Shown: piece after piece, positions 41,820 to 55,127 of the stretch
Position numbering within the stretch: the stretch's first letter is position 1
Layout of the letters: each line of letters starts with the position of its first letter
Assembly (NCBI GenBank): GCA_951406725.2
Contig: OX597821.1
Location: forward strand, 63,054,001 to 63,118,000
Length of the DNA stretch: 64,000 bases
Source: Octopus vulgaris
Lineage: Eukaryota
Direction of reading: 5' to 3'
Notes under the pieces: model-generated
What the model was told of the DNA's origin: nothing
Database searches by the model: none
What the model saw: the letters and a program-made list of their open reading frames with translations, nothing else
Made by a program: the position numbers and the translations under genes

Positions 41820-43599
41820 TAGAGAGAGAAAGAGAGAGGTGGAGAGAGGCAGAGATAAATCTCATGTTGCCAGGACAGGAGCTCAATATTAAATAGACGG
41901 ATGCAATACTGCAAAACATTTTGTTTGTTACGATTTCTGTCAATTCATTGCCTTAAATAAACTATAAACTAAAGCGAAATCAATAAATCAACTAAAGGGA
42001 AGTGACCTATTATTGCCATAGCCGTCAAAACTTATTTTGAAAGATCTAATGAACAAAAGAGTACGAGAAATAATATTTCACAAGTTTCCCTTCAAGCATT
42101 GCTTTTTAATATATCTCGCCTCAATTTATTCAGATTCTAATTTCATCAGATTCATTTCTTTTCTATTTTTCTTGCAGCATTTACAGCGTATTTCTAGGAG
42201 ATTCCTCCTTCTTCTATTTCTCTCTCTCTACTTCTACTACTATTACTACCAGAATTATTTTGTCATCAATCAACTAGTTCTCTTGTCTCCAGTATTTTCT
42301 CCCCACTTGCTTTTGTTCTCCCTGTTCCTTCATTTCCAGCATATATTTCAGAGTATCTGCTAAAGTTGAAAGGTCATCGAGAGCTTGCCATGCTACAAAA
42401 AGCTACATTTACTAGAAATGTTTGTTGATAAACAACTTCATTTCCAATCAATTTCCTTATACACCCATTCATCATAATATTTAAACTAAAATCTTTCCTT
42501 TAACCATTTTTTTTTCTTTTGTAAATCTTTTCGAATTTATGTTTTGTCTCATATTCAATACGTTCAAATATATGCACACACATTATATTATATTAAATAT
42601 TGATTATAAAAGAAGAGATTAAAAAATAATTCTAATATCACTATTTAGCTGAAGGTTATTATTTTTCAATAGTCATTATAAAACGAATATCAATATTGTA
42701 TTTGATTTATTAAACATTAGAAAAAATATATTTATTTTGAATCCGTTGAAAGTAAATTAACATCAAAAACGAAAGAAAACGATTATGGAAATATATCTTT
42801 CCTTTTTAATGAAATATCCAGAACCCCACCTAAACGTGAAGTTTATAACGACGCTACATTTTGAATTACAAACTTTAAATCAAACATGTATAAAATAATT
42901 TCCCATTTACAGTAAAAATTATTTCCAAACCCATGATCTCCATCCTCTGTTTCTTTCCTCTTTCTTTCTCCTCTACATCATCATCATGTAAGTTTGTCAT
43001 TCGCATCGTATTTAATATCTGTCACCACGATCAACAGATAATTGCATTTCGATCGAAATTATGCTGAAGATGCATATTTCATTCGTATGATTGATTTTCT
43101 TAAAGCAGTAAAACTTTCTTAAAGCAGTAAATAATAGACTCTTATGAATATTTTCTTGTATTTATGTACTTGGTATATATCTTAGAGGTCACACTGCTCT
43201 CAACTTAATTATGTAAGCATGATATTTAACGTTATATTTGCAAATATTAATATGTCTTTACTCATGGTACATTCGCAGGCTAAACTACACAAACTTTATT
43301 ATTCTTCTGCGAATTTAGCTTGTCAGAAGGAACATTAAAATATGTCGTATGTTTCAGAATTACAGAATTACATAACGTACTGTTTCATTTCTTTAAATAC
43401 GTAACTTTCATAAATAGCTCCTTAAGTTATGAATCTTTTGTCTCTTGCGCCGTATGTTTACATTTTATGTACAAATATATCACTGCATCAATAGAAATGG
43501 AAAGGAAATGTTACCAGCTTTCAATTCATGGAATGAATTCAGAGAAATATTAAATGTTAAACAAGTTTACATTATTATATGTTTTCTTTCGAGTTACAG

Positions 43600-43684
43600 A
43601 AAAAAACTGCGGTCTCCCAGGCCCTTTATGGAATGGGTATTTAGATGGCCACAGAACAACAGTCGGGGCGGTGTTTTTCTTCAG
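43600..43684 (+). CDS. lev-9: Internal coding exon, N-terminal half of a CCP/Sushi domain (LEV-9/Hasp-like protein)
   Basis: Acceptor gttttctttcgagttacag|, donor ttcag|gtaagc; 85 nt, phase 1 to 2. Reads (E)KNCGLPGPLWNGYLDGHRTTVGAVFFF(R), with the C-x-x-P...NG Sushi start. The family assignment is from remembered similarity to Drosophila Hasp / C. elegans LEV-9 and needs a database check. Confidence 0.9.
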
Positions 43685-43791
43685 GTAAGCAATGTCAAAT
43701 GAATACATATACGATTTATTTATACAACTTCATTGATATTCATTATATATAGATATATGCACGCGCGTGTGTATATGTATATATTTGTATT

Positions 43792-43822
<31 letters not shown>

Positions 43823-43949
43823 ACATTATATATATATATATATATATATGTAAGGGGGATGGTATTATTTGAATCTCAGCACAAGTGTCAGGCGAATTAT
43901 CAGTCGTACAGGCAAATTAATGAAATATATACATACGATATAAGACACG

Positions 43950-44030
<81 letters not shown>

Positions 44031-44103
44031 GTGTGTGTGTGTGTGTACACAAACGGCGGCAATACATCAGTCCCTACATCGCTAAAAATAGAAGACAAAA
44101 ATA

Positions 44104-44429
44104 CTTGTGTGACACAGGATAGTTACAAATCTAATAGAGGCCTGGTAGGAAAAATTCCAGTGAACATTAAAAGCATCTTACCTCTGCTAGGTCAGCAGAA
44201 GTAATGCTGTTCAATTTGGTACCGGTTTCGAAATAATGGCCAAACAGGTGCCTGAGTTTCTTCAGTCAAAGTCTGTCAGCTAACCACTAGTAAACTTTTC
44301 TCCCACCATGACTTCAAAATTTCGTTTAAATATATGAAATGCATGAAATTATAAAAAAATATAAGAGGAACTGGAATTATTTTCCCACCAGGCCTCTAGT
44401 AGATTTGTTACTATTCTGTGACACAGAAG
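44104..44429. mobile_element. Fold-back element with ~58-bp TIR-like arms enclosing a hammerhead-like motif
   Basis: Arms acaaatctaatagaggcctggtaggaaaaattccagt and actggaattattttcccaccaggcctctagtagatttgt. The reverse complement of 44215-44270 reads tttga-CTGAAGA-N29-GAAA-c-cg-GTA-ccaaa. Confidence 0.75.
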
Positions 44430-44436
44430 CATTATA

Positions 44437-44472
<36 letters not shown>

Positions 44473-44870
44473 TGTATGTATGTATAAGCAATTCCAAGAA
44501 AAAAACACACAGGGAAAATCTACAAAAGGGAACTGGCTTTACATAGGGAATGTACTAGACTGACGACCAATGAAAGTTCCAGGTGCAAATGTAGTAGTAA
44601 AAATGACGATTCGAACACGGCTCATTGTCGGAAAGAGGAACATGACCAGAGGAGGAAAAAAGGAGGGAGCAGATAGTATAAACGGACACACACTCTCTCA
44701 CATACACAAACACACAGACGCACACACATACACACAAATATACACAGACACACACATTTATGAATCAGGGATTATGCATGTATATGAATGTACATTTTTA
44801 TATATCAACTTCCATGAAGTGTTGAAATTGGTTACCGTTTACTAAGACTGCTATAGATATGAATTCGACC

Positions 44871-44971
<101 letters not shown>

Positions 44972-45000
44972 AAGTCGAATTCATATATATAAAACTTAGA

Positions 45001-45497
45001 TTAGTTTTGGCCATTATCGGCCCAGGCCATGACTAACTCGATAGTACCACCTGGAAAATTCTTTTAGTTAATTACTTCGGGACACCATGGACCACTCGAG
45101 CAGAGAGTTGCTGTTGGTTGAGAGGTATCCAGGTGTAGGTAGGTGGTTTATCCGGTATTTCCTGGAGGCATTTGTCCAAGTCCCGTTTGAAAGTTGTGGG
45201 GTCTTTTTCTATTTTAATTTCTTTGGGGATAACTTTGAAAATTGCAGGACCATTTGCAGTGAAGAAATTGCCTCGCAATGTTCTTATGTCATGTAATCCC
45301 GACCTTTGTACATGACGCATAGCACCGGGGCCTAGTCTTGGGTGAATTGTAAACATAATGCCAATATCATTCGGATAATATTGGTGGAATAATTTCCACA
45401 TGGTGCAAATAATATATCGCTCACGGCGGCGTTGCAGAGAAGAGAGTTTCAGCTGTTTAAGTCGAGCCCAATAATCAAGTTCCATCATGCCATTCAT
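45001..45497 (-). mobile_element. CR1/L2-group LINE ORF2 3' fragment
   Basis: LDYWARLKQLKLSSLQRRRERYII...HPRLG...FTANGPAIF.VIP...FKRDLDK.L..IPDKP is the typical CR1-group C-terminus. Confidence 0.85.
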
Positions 45498-45811
45498 TAT
45501 TATTATATTTTTCTTTGTGGTAGATCTTTTGGCACTTCGATCCTTATATATATACGATGGACGTTTACGCTTCCGAGTACCAAATCACAAGTCTTTGGTC
45601 GTCCCGGGGCAATAGTATACGATACTTGCCCGGTTGGACTGAACACGGAACTTTGGGGCTTGGAGGAATTCCTTTTATCAAACCACAGACACACAATGCA
45701 TTAATACCCACTTACATGTATACATTTATATCTAAATCCATACAAAGATACGCCCACAGAAACACACACACGCATATGTACCCATACACAATCATGCACA
45801 CACACACTCAC

Positions 45812-45852
<41 letters not shown>

Positions 45853-46528
45853 GCAAATATATATTCCCATACATATACACATCATATATCATAAGTACAT
45901 ACATAAAACCTTGTCTGTATGCTATTATGTCAGCGATTATGTGATTCTAGGTTTGTGCATATATGCGTCGTTTGGGAATATGTGTGATTATTAAATATTC
46001 CTATTTGATTTATTTCAATAAAAACAATTTAGACAATGTTGTTATTAAAGAATCTGAGCTGAGTAAGGCAAATATTTTTTGTCCTCACATAGCTGAATGA
46101 CGTCAACCTACTGCTTCAATTTTCCCACTCATTTTTCATAATACACCCATAAATACATACACTGTTATATAAGCATGCGCATACATATGCACACACACTC
46201 ATATACCCATATACAATATTTTGCCAACTTGTATCAAGTTCTTCATATATTTTTAGATTTGTATCTATGGATGGAAATTTTAATCCGAAACATTTAATTT
46301 CATTTCTGTTATTATATTTGCGCTATCCTATCACTCACACACGCACATATGCACACGCACTCACTCACACAGAGGCGCGCGCGCACACACACACACGCAC
46401 AGACATATATATCGGTATGCGTGTATACACAAATGCACTCATATATAATGTGCGTATGCGATGTCTCTGTATTTAAATATATATACGCACGCAAATGCAA
46501 GCCTGCGCCCACACACATAGACACTCAT

Positions 46529-46611
<83 letters not shown>

Positions 46612-48486
46612 ACAGTGTGGGGTTTTGGGTATGGGTGTATATTGAATTGTTTATAGGATTAATTAATAAAAATCGTTATATTTTCTCGTAACAACAAATA
46701 TCTTCGTACAATGATAAATATATGATTATTGGCAAGTGTTGATGAAATAAAATGTAGCACAAGACAATATAAGAGACTAACGTAGAAGCGTTGTCTCCAT
46801 CATTAATTTGTCTTGGAAACAATCTTCCCTCTTTAACTCGCAAGAAAGACGGATCTGCTTTACAGAGATTCGATACAATCAAAAATGGTGAGAATGCGAA
46901 CAGAATATTAGTGGGAAGAATGCCGCTAATCCACTCCATGCACGATGCTTTTTTTTATCTTTCTCTTCTCTCAGTGAGATTCCGGTACTCTCACATCAGT
47001 TCTGTACAGATTGTGCCGAATAGAACCGGCCTCTTTCTTGTAGTAGTGCCAGATTAAAATGATTTTAAATTGCATATAAAGACTAGCATGACTATCTTCC
47101 AGAGCTGATTACTCAGATAATCTGCGTTATTGCTCGGAATTGTTTTGAGATGGTTACTGTTTATATCACTCCGGTGTTAACTTTTTATCTATCGCATTGT
47201 CTGTTTGTTAGATTGGAGCAAGTATCTGAAAACATTACAGATGTGAAACGGTTAACATTTCAACTTGTGCATTGCATACAATGTTGTGATGTCAAGCACA
47301 GAGTAAATTAGTTGGTAATATACACAGCAAATTGCTGATGTATATGCAAAGCCACAAAGGAAATATAAGATTGAAGAAAATATTGTGGTTTGTGAAAAAT
47401 CTACAAGCCATATCATAGTTTATTTATTTAGAGGTGCAGCAACACCGAAAGGAATTGAAACGAGGAGAGGGAGCCCTTTAGCCTTTCTTAAACGAGACAA
47501 CTCTCTAAGGAAATCTCTGTAGATATGTCATGCGATACTCGGTGAAGGCATCTCGACACACATGTTGGAATAAGGTAATTCTCTTGACAATCAAAACATG
47601 GCCTGCATGTTATAGTTCTGTTATATCACAAATATATAATCTTTGTTTGTTTGTTTTTCACCTTCAAAGGCCGCCTGTGTCTATTCAGACGCATCAATGT
47701 ACAAAGGTTTAATGCTATCAAATGATCCCTTCGTCTCAACTTCATAATCAGATTATAGTAGATCAAGTTGGTTTAGATATTGGCAAGATTCGCCCGATAT
47801 TTCAAAGACAAATTCCATTATTAAGTGGTACTAGTGATTGATTGTAATTACGGCTTCTTACCTGCTCTTCTCCACTTGGTGACCCAGTCGGAATTACATT
47901 CAAACAACATAATGCGTTTCTCAGTTAATAACAGACACAATGCTAATTGAAATCATCTCATTTTATTATGGTCATAAACTATTTTCTTTCCTGCACTCAA
48001 CAGCTACTTATACCAGCGCACACTGAACGAAGTAAAAATAAACATTGATGGGATAAAGATACTTAATTAGATCCAACACCAGTTATTTTAATCATATTCA
48101 GGCTCCGTTATAATTCAGGGTAGATATAAGGGCGATTATGTACCCCTTTTCCTCAAACAATGTCATTATTTTATGCTAGTTCTTAAAGGGTGGTAGGTTG
48201 ATAAGTATGAATTTGGTTAGCCGATAGCTAACGCACGGTGGGATAATATTGTGATCTCGGAAGAGCGTTCACATTTATTGATCTATGCTGCAAAAAGCTA
48301 TAGACGCACTATCTCGTTTTCTCTTCGTTTTATAAACTACAACAGCTTAATCCTTCCATGCTTTACAATGTTCTAATTAACTCTCGTATCTAACGCTATC
48401 TAATATTTAAATATAAATGATGTTTGAAACAATAAATGCCTGTAATTGAATACTGATTTAATGCTCGTGATCGTTATATTTTGCAG

Positions 48487-48578
48487 ATGCAATGTAAGAA
48501 CAACATTTGATGGACCATCATTTTCCACACAATGTCAGGATAATGGAGCATGGTCCCATCCACCACCGAAATGTTGGG
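48487..48578 (+). CDS. lev-9: Internal coding exon, C-terminal half of the same CCP/Sushi domain
   Basis: Acceptor tatattttgcag|, donor tggg|gtatgt; 92 nt, phase 2 to 1, matching the upstream exon (ag+a = Arg). Reads CNVRTTFDGPSFSTQCQDNGAWSHPPPKCW, carrying the C..G.WS..PP.C Sushi end. Confidence 0.92.
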
Positions 48579-48727
48579 GTATGTATGAATAATCTCCATG
48601 CACACAGAGTACAACGAATCATCGTCATATCACGATTAGAATATATATACATGAGTGCTGTATATCGCGTTAGTGTAACTGACACAACCGCAAGCAGGGA
48701 ATTATGAACTTAAACTTTTTTTTTTTT

Positions 48728-49003
48728 AGGACCAGGCTATCAGATGTTGCTATACATCGCTGGTCACAATACGGTTCGCATTGCTTTAGCCTTCAAATGA
48801 CGCCACCCCGTTGGCTAAGCGAGCAGGCCAACAGAAGAAAGAGTGAGAGTAAGCAGGGATCGCCTCCCCCCCCCCTGCCGGAGAATGTGGAGCTTTAGGT
48901 GTTTTCACTCAATAAACACTCACAACGACCGGTCTGGGAATCGAAACCACGATCCTACGACCGTGAGTCCGCTGCCCTGACCACTGGGCCGTTGCGCCTC
49001 CAC
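48728..49003 (-). mobile_element. SINE with family A head and variant body
   Basis: 48835-49003 is colinear with the head half of 27579-27969. Confidence 0.8.
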
Positions 49004-49009
49004 TATATA

Positions 49010-49078
<69 letters not shown>

Positions 49079-49856
49079 AACTTATGGAGTGTAAAATTCT
49101 TCTGTTCCTCTTCAATTTCATTCTTGTGAACTTTTTATTGAAGAAGGGCTCTTTTCAAATCAAAATATATTTGAGGGTCTAACGATTATCGCTGAAATAT
49201 TTTATTTACTGTCTAATATATATGTGATGTCGTTATTCTAAGTGGAAAGACATAGATTCGTTTTATTTGAACTTGAAACAACCTGAAAAAATATGTGTAT
49301 GTGTGTGTGCGCGCGCACGAACGTGTGTATGTTATACTCTTCTAACAATAGAGTCGAAACATATAGTAATTATTAAATACGTACGTTACCGGTTAGAGTA
49401 ATATATAATAGGTAATGCATCCATTACATAAATCATCCCCAGTTGAAGCGATTCGAAATATAAAAAGTTTAATGGAGATATTTCAATGGGGACATATGGT
49501 TAGATTAGTAAGTTGGTTACTAACATTAGAGGAAGATATGTATACAGAGGGGGAGAGAGAGAAAAACAGAATAAGTGAGCGGGCGACAGAGTGAAAGAAA
49601 GGGAGAAAATGAAGTGGGAGATCTGTGAAGTGGCAGTGGAAGGAGGTGGAATGGATGTATAAGTAAATGGTATTGAAAGAAAACGAGATGATGTTTGGTA
49701 GCATAGATATCTAAGTAAAAGCCGATAGAGTTCATGAATTTGAGGAGTGTATGGGTTTGAAATAAACTCGGTGACAAACTTGAAAGGTACGGATTAAATG
49801 ATTTCAAAATATCACTATACGTTTTGATATCATTATTACAATGTATACAGCCCGAA

Positions 49857-50507
49857 GGCGGCGAGCTGGAAGAAACGGTAGCACGCCGAGTGAAATGCTT
49901 AGCTGTATTTTATCTGACTTTACGTTCTCAGTTCAAATTCCGCCGAGGTCGACTTTGCCATTCATCCTTTTGGGGTCGATAAATTAAGTACCAGTTGCGT
50001 ACCGGGGTCGATCTAATCGACTGACCCCTTCCCTAATTATTTCGGGTCTTGTGCCGAGAGTCGAAAAGAATATTTATCACTTCACAAGGCGGCGAGCTGG
50101 CAGAAACCTTTAGCACGACGGGTGAAATGCATAGCGGTATTTCGTCTGTCTCTACGTTCTGGGTTCATATTATGCTGAGGTCGACTTTGCCTTTCATCCT
50201 TTAGGGGCCGATAAATTAAGTACCAGTTGCGCACTGGAGTCAATCAAATCGAATGGTCCCCTCTCCAAACATTTCGGGCCTTGTGACTAGAGTAGAAAAA
50301 ATATTTAACCTTTCAAGGCGGCAAGCTGGCGTAATGCTCAGCGTTATTTCATCTGTCTTTACGTTCTGAGTTCAATTTCCGCCGAAGTCGACTTTGCCTT
50401 TCATTCTTACAGGGTCTATAAATTGAGTACCAGTTGCGTACTGGGAGTATTCTAATCGACTTGCCCTCTTCTCCAAAATGTCGGGTCTTGTGCTTAGAGT
50501 AGAAAAT
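49857..50507 (+). mobile_element. Second head-to-tail trimer of SINE family B (units at 49857, 50088, 50317)
   Basis: Three copies of aaggcggcgagctgg..agtagaaaa separated by short spacers; the third has an internal deletion. Confidence 0.88.
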
Positions 50508-50665
50508 AATTTATACGGCTCGATGCCACTACAAACTAACCGGTTTTTACTCCACTGAAGCGGGTAATCTAATAACGATTTGGAGTGGTTTGTTATATTT
50601 GACTTGATTCGAAAATTCTGGTACTGTACATAGCTTCTTAGTGTAAAACGAAATATATATATATA

Positions 50666-50859
50666 CGAAGGGATGTTGAAAAGTTCATGGTTTTGGGTTA
50701 AAGAAAACACAGGATGATCTATTAATTATGATTTTATTCAGTGTATTTTCCGCTCGGATCAACACACTTATTGCAGCGGTCTTTCTGTTTTTCTAAGCCC
50801 TGTTAAATAAATCTTACAACCAGGCCTTTCGCGGCACCGTTAAAGCCAAGATCTTTTCG
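50666..50859. mobile_element. Mariner-derived MITE, flanked by TA
   Basis: ta|cgaagggatgttgaaaagttcatggtttt...aaagccaagatcttttcg|ta; internally homologous to 28126-28337. Confidence 0.7.
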
Positions 50860-51263
50860 TATATATGCGTTTGTGTGCGTGTGTATTCACTCTTAGAATT
50901 ACCAGATAGCTGGTAGTATTATGGTATACTAGGCTTGGGCATTCCTCGTGTATGAAAAGATAATTTTATATGTGCATGTGTGTGTTTTTGTGTACGTGTG
51001 TGTGTGTGTGTGTGTATGTATGGGTGTGTGCGTGTATGTGTATGTATGAGTGTAAGTGTGAGTGTATTTGCGACATAATATAATTTAGCATGTGCAGCCT
51101 ACCGTGTAACAAAGTACACAGACAACGTACACGATGTTGCTCAAGTCGAACGTGCAGAGGCACGCTCACAGCGAGCGGATTGAAGCTGTGAGCGTGAGCT
51201 AGATTCAAAGGAGCCAGTTGGATGTGATAGGATAGGAATTACATATGGAGACAGCGATTATAC

Positions 51264-51376
51264 ATCACCTGAGGAGATACAACTAGGTCTTATTATACAG
51301 ATAAAGCGTTACTTAATTTAAATTTAAATCTTCTATATATGTAGATCTATGTTGTATCGAAACATGCGTACGTGGT
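51264..51376 (+). ncRNA. Candidate type I hammerhead ribozyme with long stem II
   Basis: atcac-CTGAGGA-gatacaac(taggtct..agatcta-t)gttgtatc-GAAA-c-atgc-GTA-c-gtggt. All core nucleotides are present; stem II is a perfect 8 bp plus a 7-bp extension; stem I atcac/gtggt needs one bulged C. Confidence 0.6.
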
Positions 51377-51428
51377 CATTAAACAGCCGTCGAATCGTAC
51401 TCCATTTTCCTTTTGACTCTATTCTTTC

Positions 51429-51505
<77 letters not shown>

Positions 51506-51508
51506 TAC

Positions 51509-51549
<41 letters not shown>

Positions 51550-51621
51550 TATTCTTTTATTCTTATACTTGTTTCAGTCATTTGACTGCGGCCATGCTGG
51601 AGCACAACCTATATATATATA

Positions 51622-51670
<49 letters not shown>

Positions 51671-51907
51671 TAGAGTAGGGAAAAATTCAATCTAGTATTA
51701 AATCAAATTTCACAATATAAATATATAATATATATAAATTATGTAGTCTTTTTACTTACTATATAATGTTTATTCATTTCTTTGTACTTTTTGTGATCTA
51801 GTTTATATGTTTTATAATGTATTTTATGTTTTTCTTTATGATTTGGCTTATATCTATCATCGTCTGAATTACATAATATTAGTTTACTCTAATTTATATA
51901 TATATTT

Positions 51908-51966
<59 letters not shown>

Positions 51967-51989
51967 TAGATAGATAGATATATAGATAG

Positions 51990-52020
<31 letters not shown>

Positions 52021-52079
52021 GATATAGATATCCATATACATACATACATACATACTATATACATACGTACATACATACA

Positions 52080-52115
<36 letters not shown>

Positions 52116-52161
52116 TACATACATACATACAGATTCATATTATTGGTTTTTTCTGTTTCAG

Positions 52162-52338
52162 GTCAATGTCAAGTCCCATCCATTTTAAATGGTACAGTAA
52201 TGCACAGTCGTGAAGGTATGTGGGTCGATCACGAAACATTCATTAATTTTCGCTGTAGAGAAGGTCTAGTTCTCAATGATACGTCAGATATCAAATGCAT
52301 AAATGGTTCATGGACACTTATTCCACGTTGCATACCAG
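52162..52338 (+). CDS. lev-9: Internal coding exon, one complete CCP/Sushi domain
   Basis: Acceptor ttttttctgtttcag|, donor ccag|gtaagt; 177 nt, phase 1-1. Reads (G)QCQVPSILNGTVMHSREGMWVDHETFINFRCREGLVLNDTSDIKCINGSWTLIPRCIP, with four Cys, the conserved Trp and three N-glycosylation sequons (NGT, NDT, NGS). Confidence 0.93.
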
Positions 52339-53808
52339 GTAAGTAAAAACATTCTATATAAACGTAAATAATTTTCTCCTCCTGATTTTTGTGTTCGAAT
52401 CTGTCTTACTATTTCTCCCATTATGATGTCTTCCTGCTACGACATTTTTTCTTGTACGTCTACTGTATTTCTGCTTTTCTGCATCTTCTTGTTCTTCTTC
52501 TCCTTCACTCTCTTCATTTTATCTGCTTTCCATCTTCATATTCTTTGCCGAATTTTACTTCATAATTCTTAAATGAAAAATGCAATATTTTTTCTTTTAC
52601 TTTTGTTCAGCGTTTTACTGCATGAATTCCCTCAGGTGATTGCTTTTGAAATACCGAGTATCACAAAAGCTATAGGTTTAATTTGCGTAAAATGAACGTA
52701 ATGAAATGGTTATGTTTATTAAATTTTTGATTATAATTTTCGAATTATGCAAATTTTCATACGTTTTACTTTATAACATCAAAACATGATTAAAATCTAA
52801 AGCAGTCTTATATTTTATACAACAACAAAGCGAAAACTGATATTAAAGAAGAGGAAATATTAGAAAATCAAAACATATAAATGAATATGAAAAAACCGTG
52901 AATGGAACAATAGAACTTTCGGCAAACTTCAATATACAAGCAAAATATGTTTTGATGAGACACGTAGATGATTATAATAAATAAAATATCACTACAAAAT
53001 GTGTATCTTTTGCACACTATTTGCATTGAATATTAATGTTAAGGATATTGTATACGGTTTTAATGTACTGCGGAACTTATTCAATTTGAGAGGAGCTGAT
53101 ATGATGACTGTTACAAAATGTGCCTACATTCATCCTCATCTATAATTATGTAAACACACACACACACACACACTCATATATATATATATATATGTGTTTA
53201 GCTATAAGTGTGTATATAATAACATCGGGTGTGTTTCCATTCAAGAAAGTTTCGTTAGTTATAAGTCTACGCTTCACGGAACACAGGCGGAAATGTTCTG
53301 GAAATCCTCATACTCCAAAGGTACTTGGCAATTGCATTCTAAACATCTTGAAAATCCTTGTAGGAGAAGTTAATGCAGATATAACAAAGCTACTGAGAAT
53401 TTCCCAGACTTTTGTGATAAGTGGTAAATTTTGCATAAATCTTAACATAGTTTGCAAGTTCCAGATTACCATATAAGGAAATGTTTTCACTTAATTGCAT
53501 TATTCACAGTGCATAAATGTCTTGAAAGTACACTCACTTGTTCAATGCATCCACAGTAACATATTTCTTTTTCTAAATGTTTCTGTCCTACTTCTAATAC
53601 TGCAACCCATAATGCATACATATTCATGCATACAAAGTTCACAATAATTAAATATTAGATACCTAATGCATGTTTAACACGGAAATTGAAGTATGCGTTT
53701 ATTATTAAATTATTAAATTCTCTCATTTTATATCTTAATATACGCATATATATATATTGAAAAAGGAATATATATGTAAATACATGCGTACATTTGTGCA
53801 GATACTGG

Positions 53809-53876
<68 letters not shown>

Positions 53877-54481
53877 TGATGAAAATATGGATGACAGCGT
53901 AACACTCAAATTGTGTCTTCTCTATGTGAAAAAAATATTTCGATATTTATTAGTATGAATATTTATTACAAATATATATATGCGTGTATGTCCGTGTGAG
54001 TGTGTATCTCTATATATGTGTTAGTGTGTGTTGATTTTTTAATATATAGATTTATTATAAGAATATCTCTATTGTTTGTGCTAGATTATATTTGCTATTA
54101 TATTGGCATTCATATGCATATAGGTAAATATAAAGACTGATAAATACCGGTCGTAAAATTAGATCACTTGCTCAAACACACATCATTGCATAGCTAATAC
54201 TTTTATGCAAACACAAACAATATATTTAGGTTTTTCACCATCTACTTATCGATTATTACGTAGTGCTTAATATACATAACCGCAGTGAATCTAATCAAGA
54301 TTACAACAATTTATGAGTGGAAGAGGATGTCTGTGCATAAATGTAACTTCGGTTCTAATATCTATTAACTTTTAACTGTGGAAAAACGTGTTAGTATTGG
54401 TTGTACTGTATACGCAAGCATGCATATAAGTATATATATATATACATATATATAAGTGTGTGCACGTATGTGTATCTCTAC

Positions 54482-54512
<31 letters not shown>

Positions 54513-54617
54513 CATATATATATATATATACATATATACATATATAAATACGTATATATATATATATATACATGTATATATATGTATATATATGCACATC
54601 TATATGTATATATACTC

Positions 54618-54648
<31 letters not shown>

Positions 54649-55084
54649 TATATAAATATATATATATACATATATGTATATATATATAAATATATATTCA
54701 TAAATATTTATGTATATATATGTATGTGTGTGCATTTATATATATATATATAGATATAGATATATACATATAAATGTTTACGATATTGAATATGAGTGTT
54801 TGTATATACGTGAACACGTACAGTTATGCATATTAATATGAATATATATATTTGTGTGTTCCCGTAACGTATGGATCTATATGTATGTGTGCGTGTATGT
54901 GTGTATGTGTGTGTTGATTCGACGGCTGCGTTCGTATCTATTTGTATATTTCGTCCATTAACTCCACAATGTGATTTCCCCTGGGTATCCAAATGGATAT
55001 TTTGATATTTTACTATTTTCATTGGCTAGCAATGGGATAAAAGTAGCACTTATGTCTGTATATATGTATATAAGTGTGTATGCG

Positions 55085-55127
<43 letters not shown>

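Noticed and set aside
43445-43702. ORF MRRMFTFY in the ORF track
   Set aside because: Out-of-frame overlap with exon 43600-43684.
47670-47706. Small AG..GT-bounded candidate exon
   Set aside because: Weak donor (gtttaa), and its 37-nt length would break the frame between the two half-Sushi exons.
48507-48707. ORF MMDHHFPHNVR in the ORF track
   Set aside because: Wrong frame over the real Sushi exon 48487-48578.
54971-55050. ISPGYPNGY, resembling a CUB-domain motif
   Set aside because: No splice acceptor, no other CUB residues, and it runs into a microsatellite.
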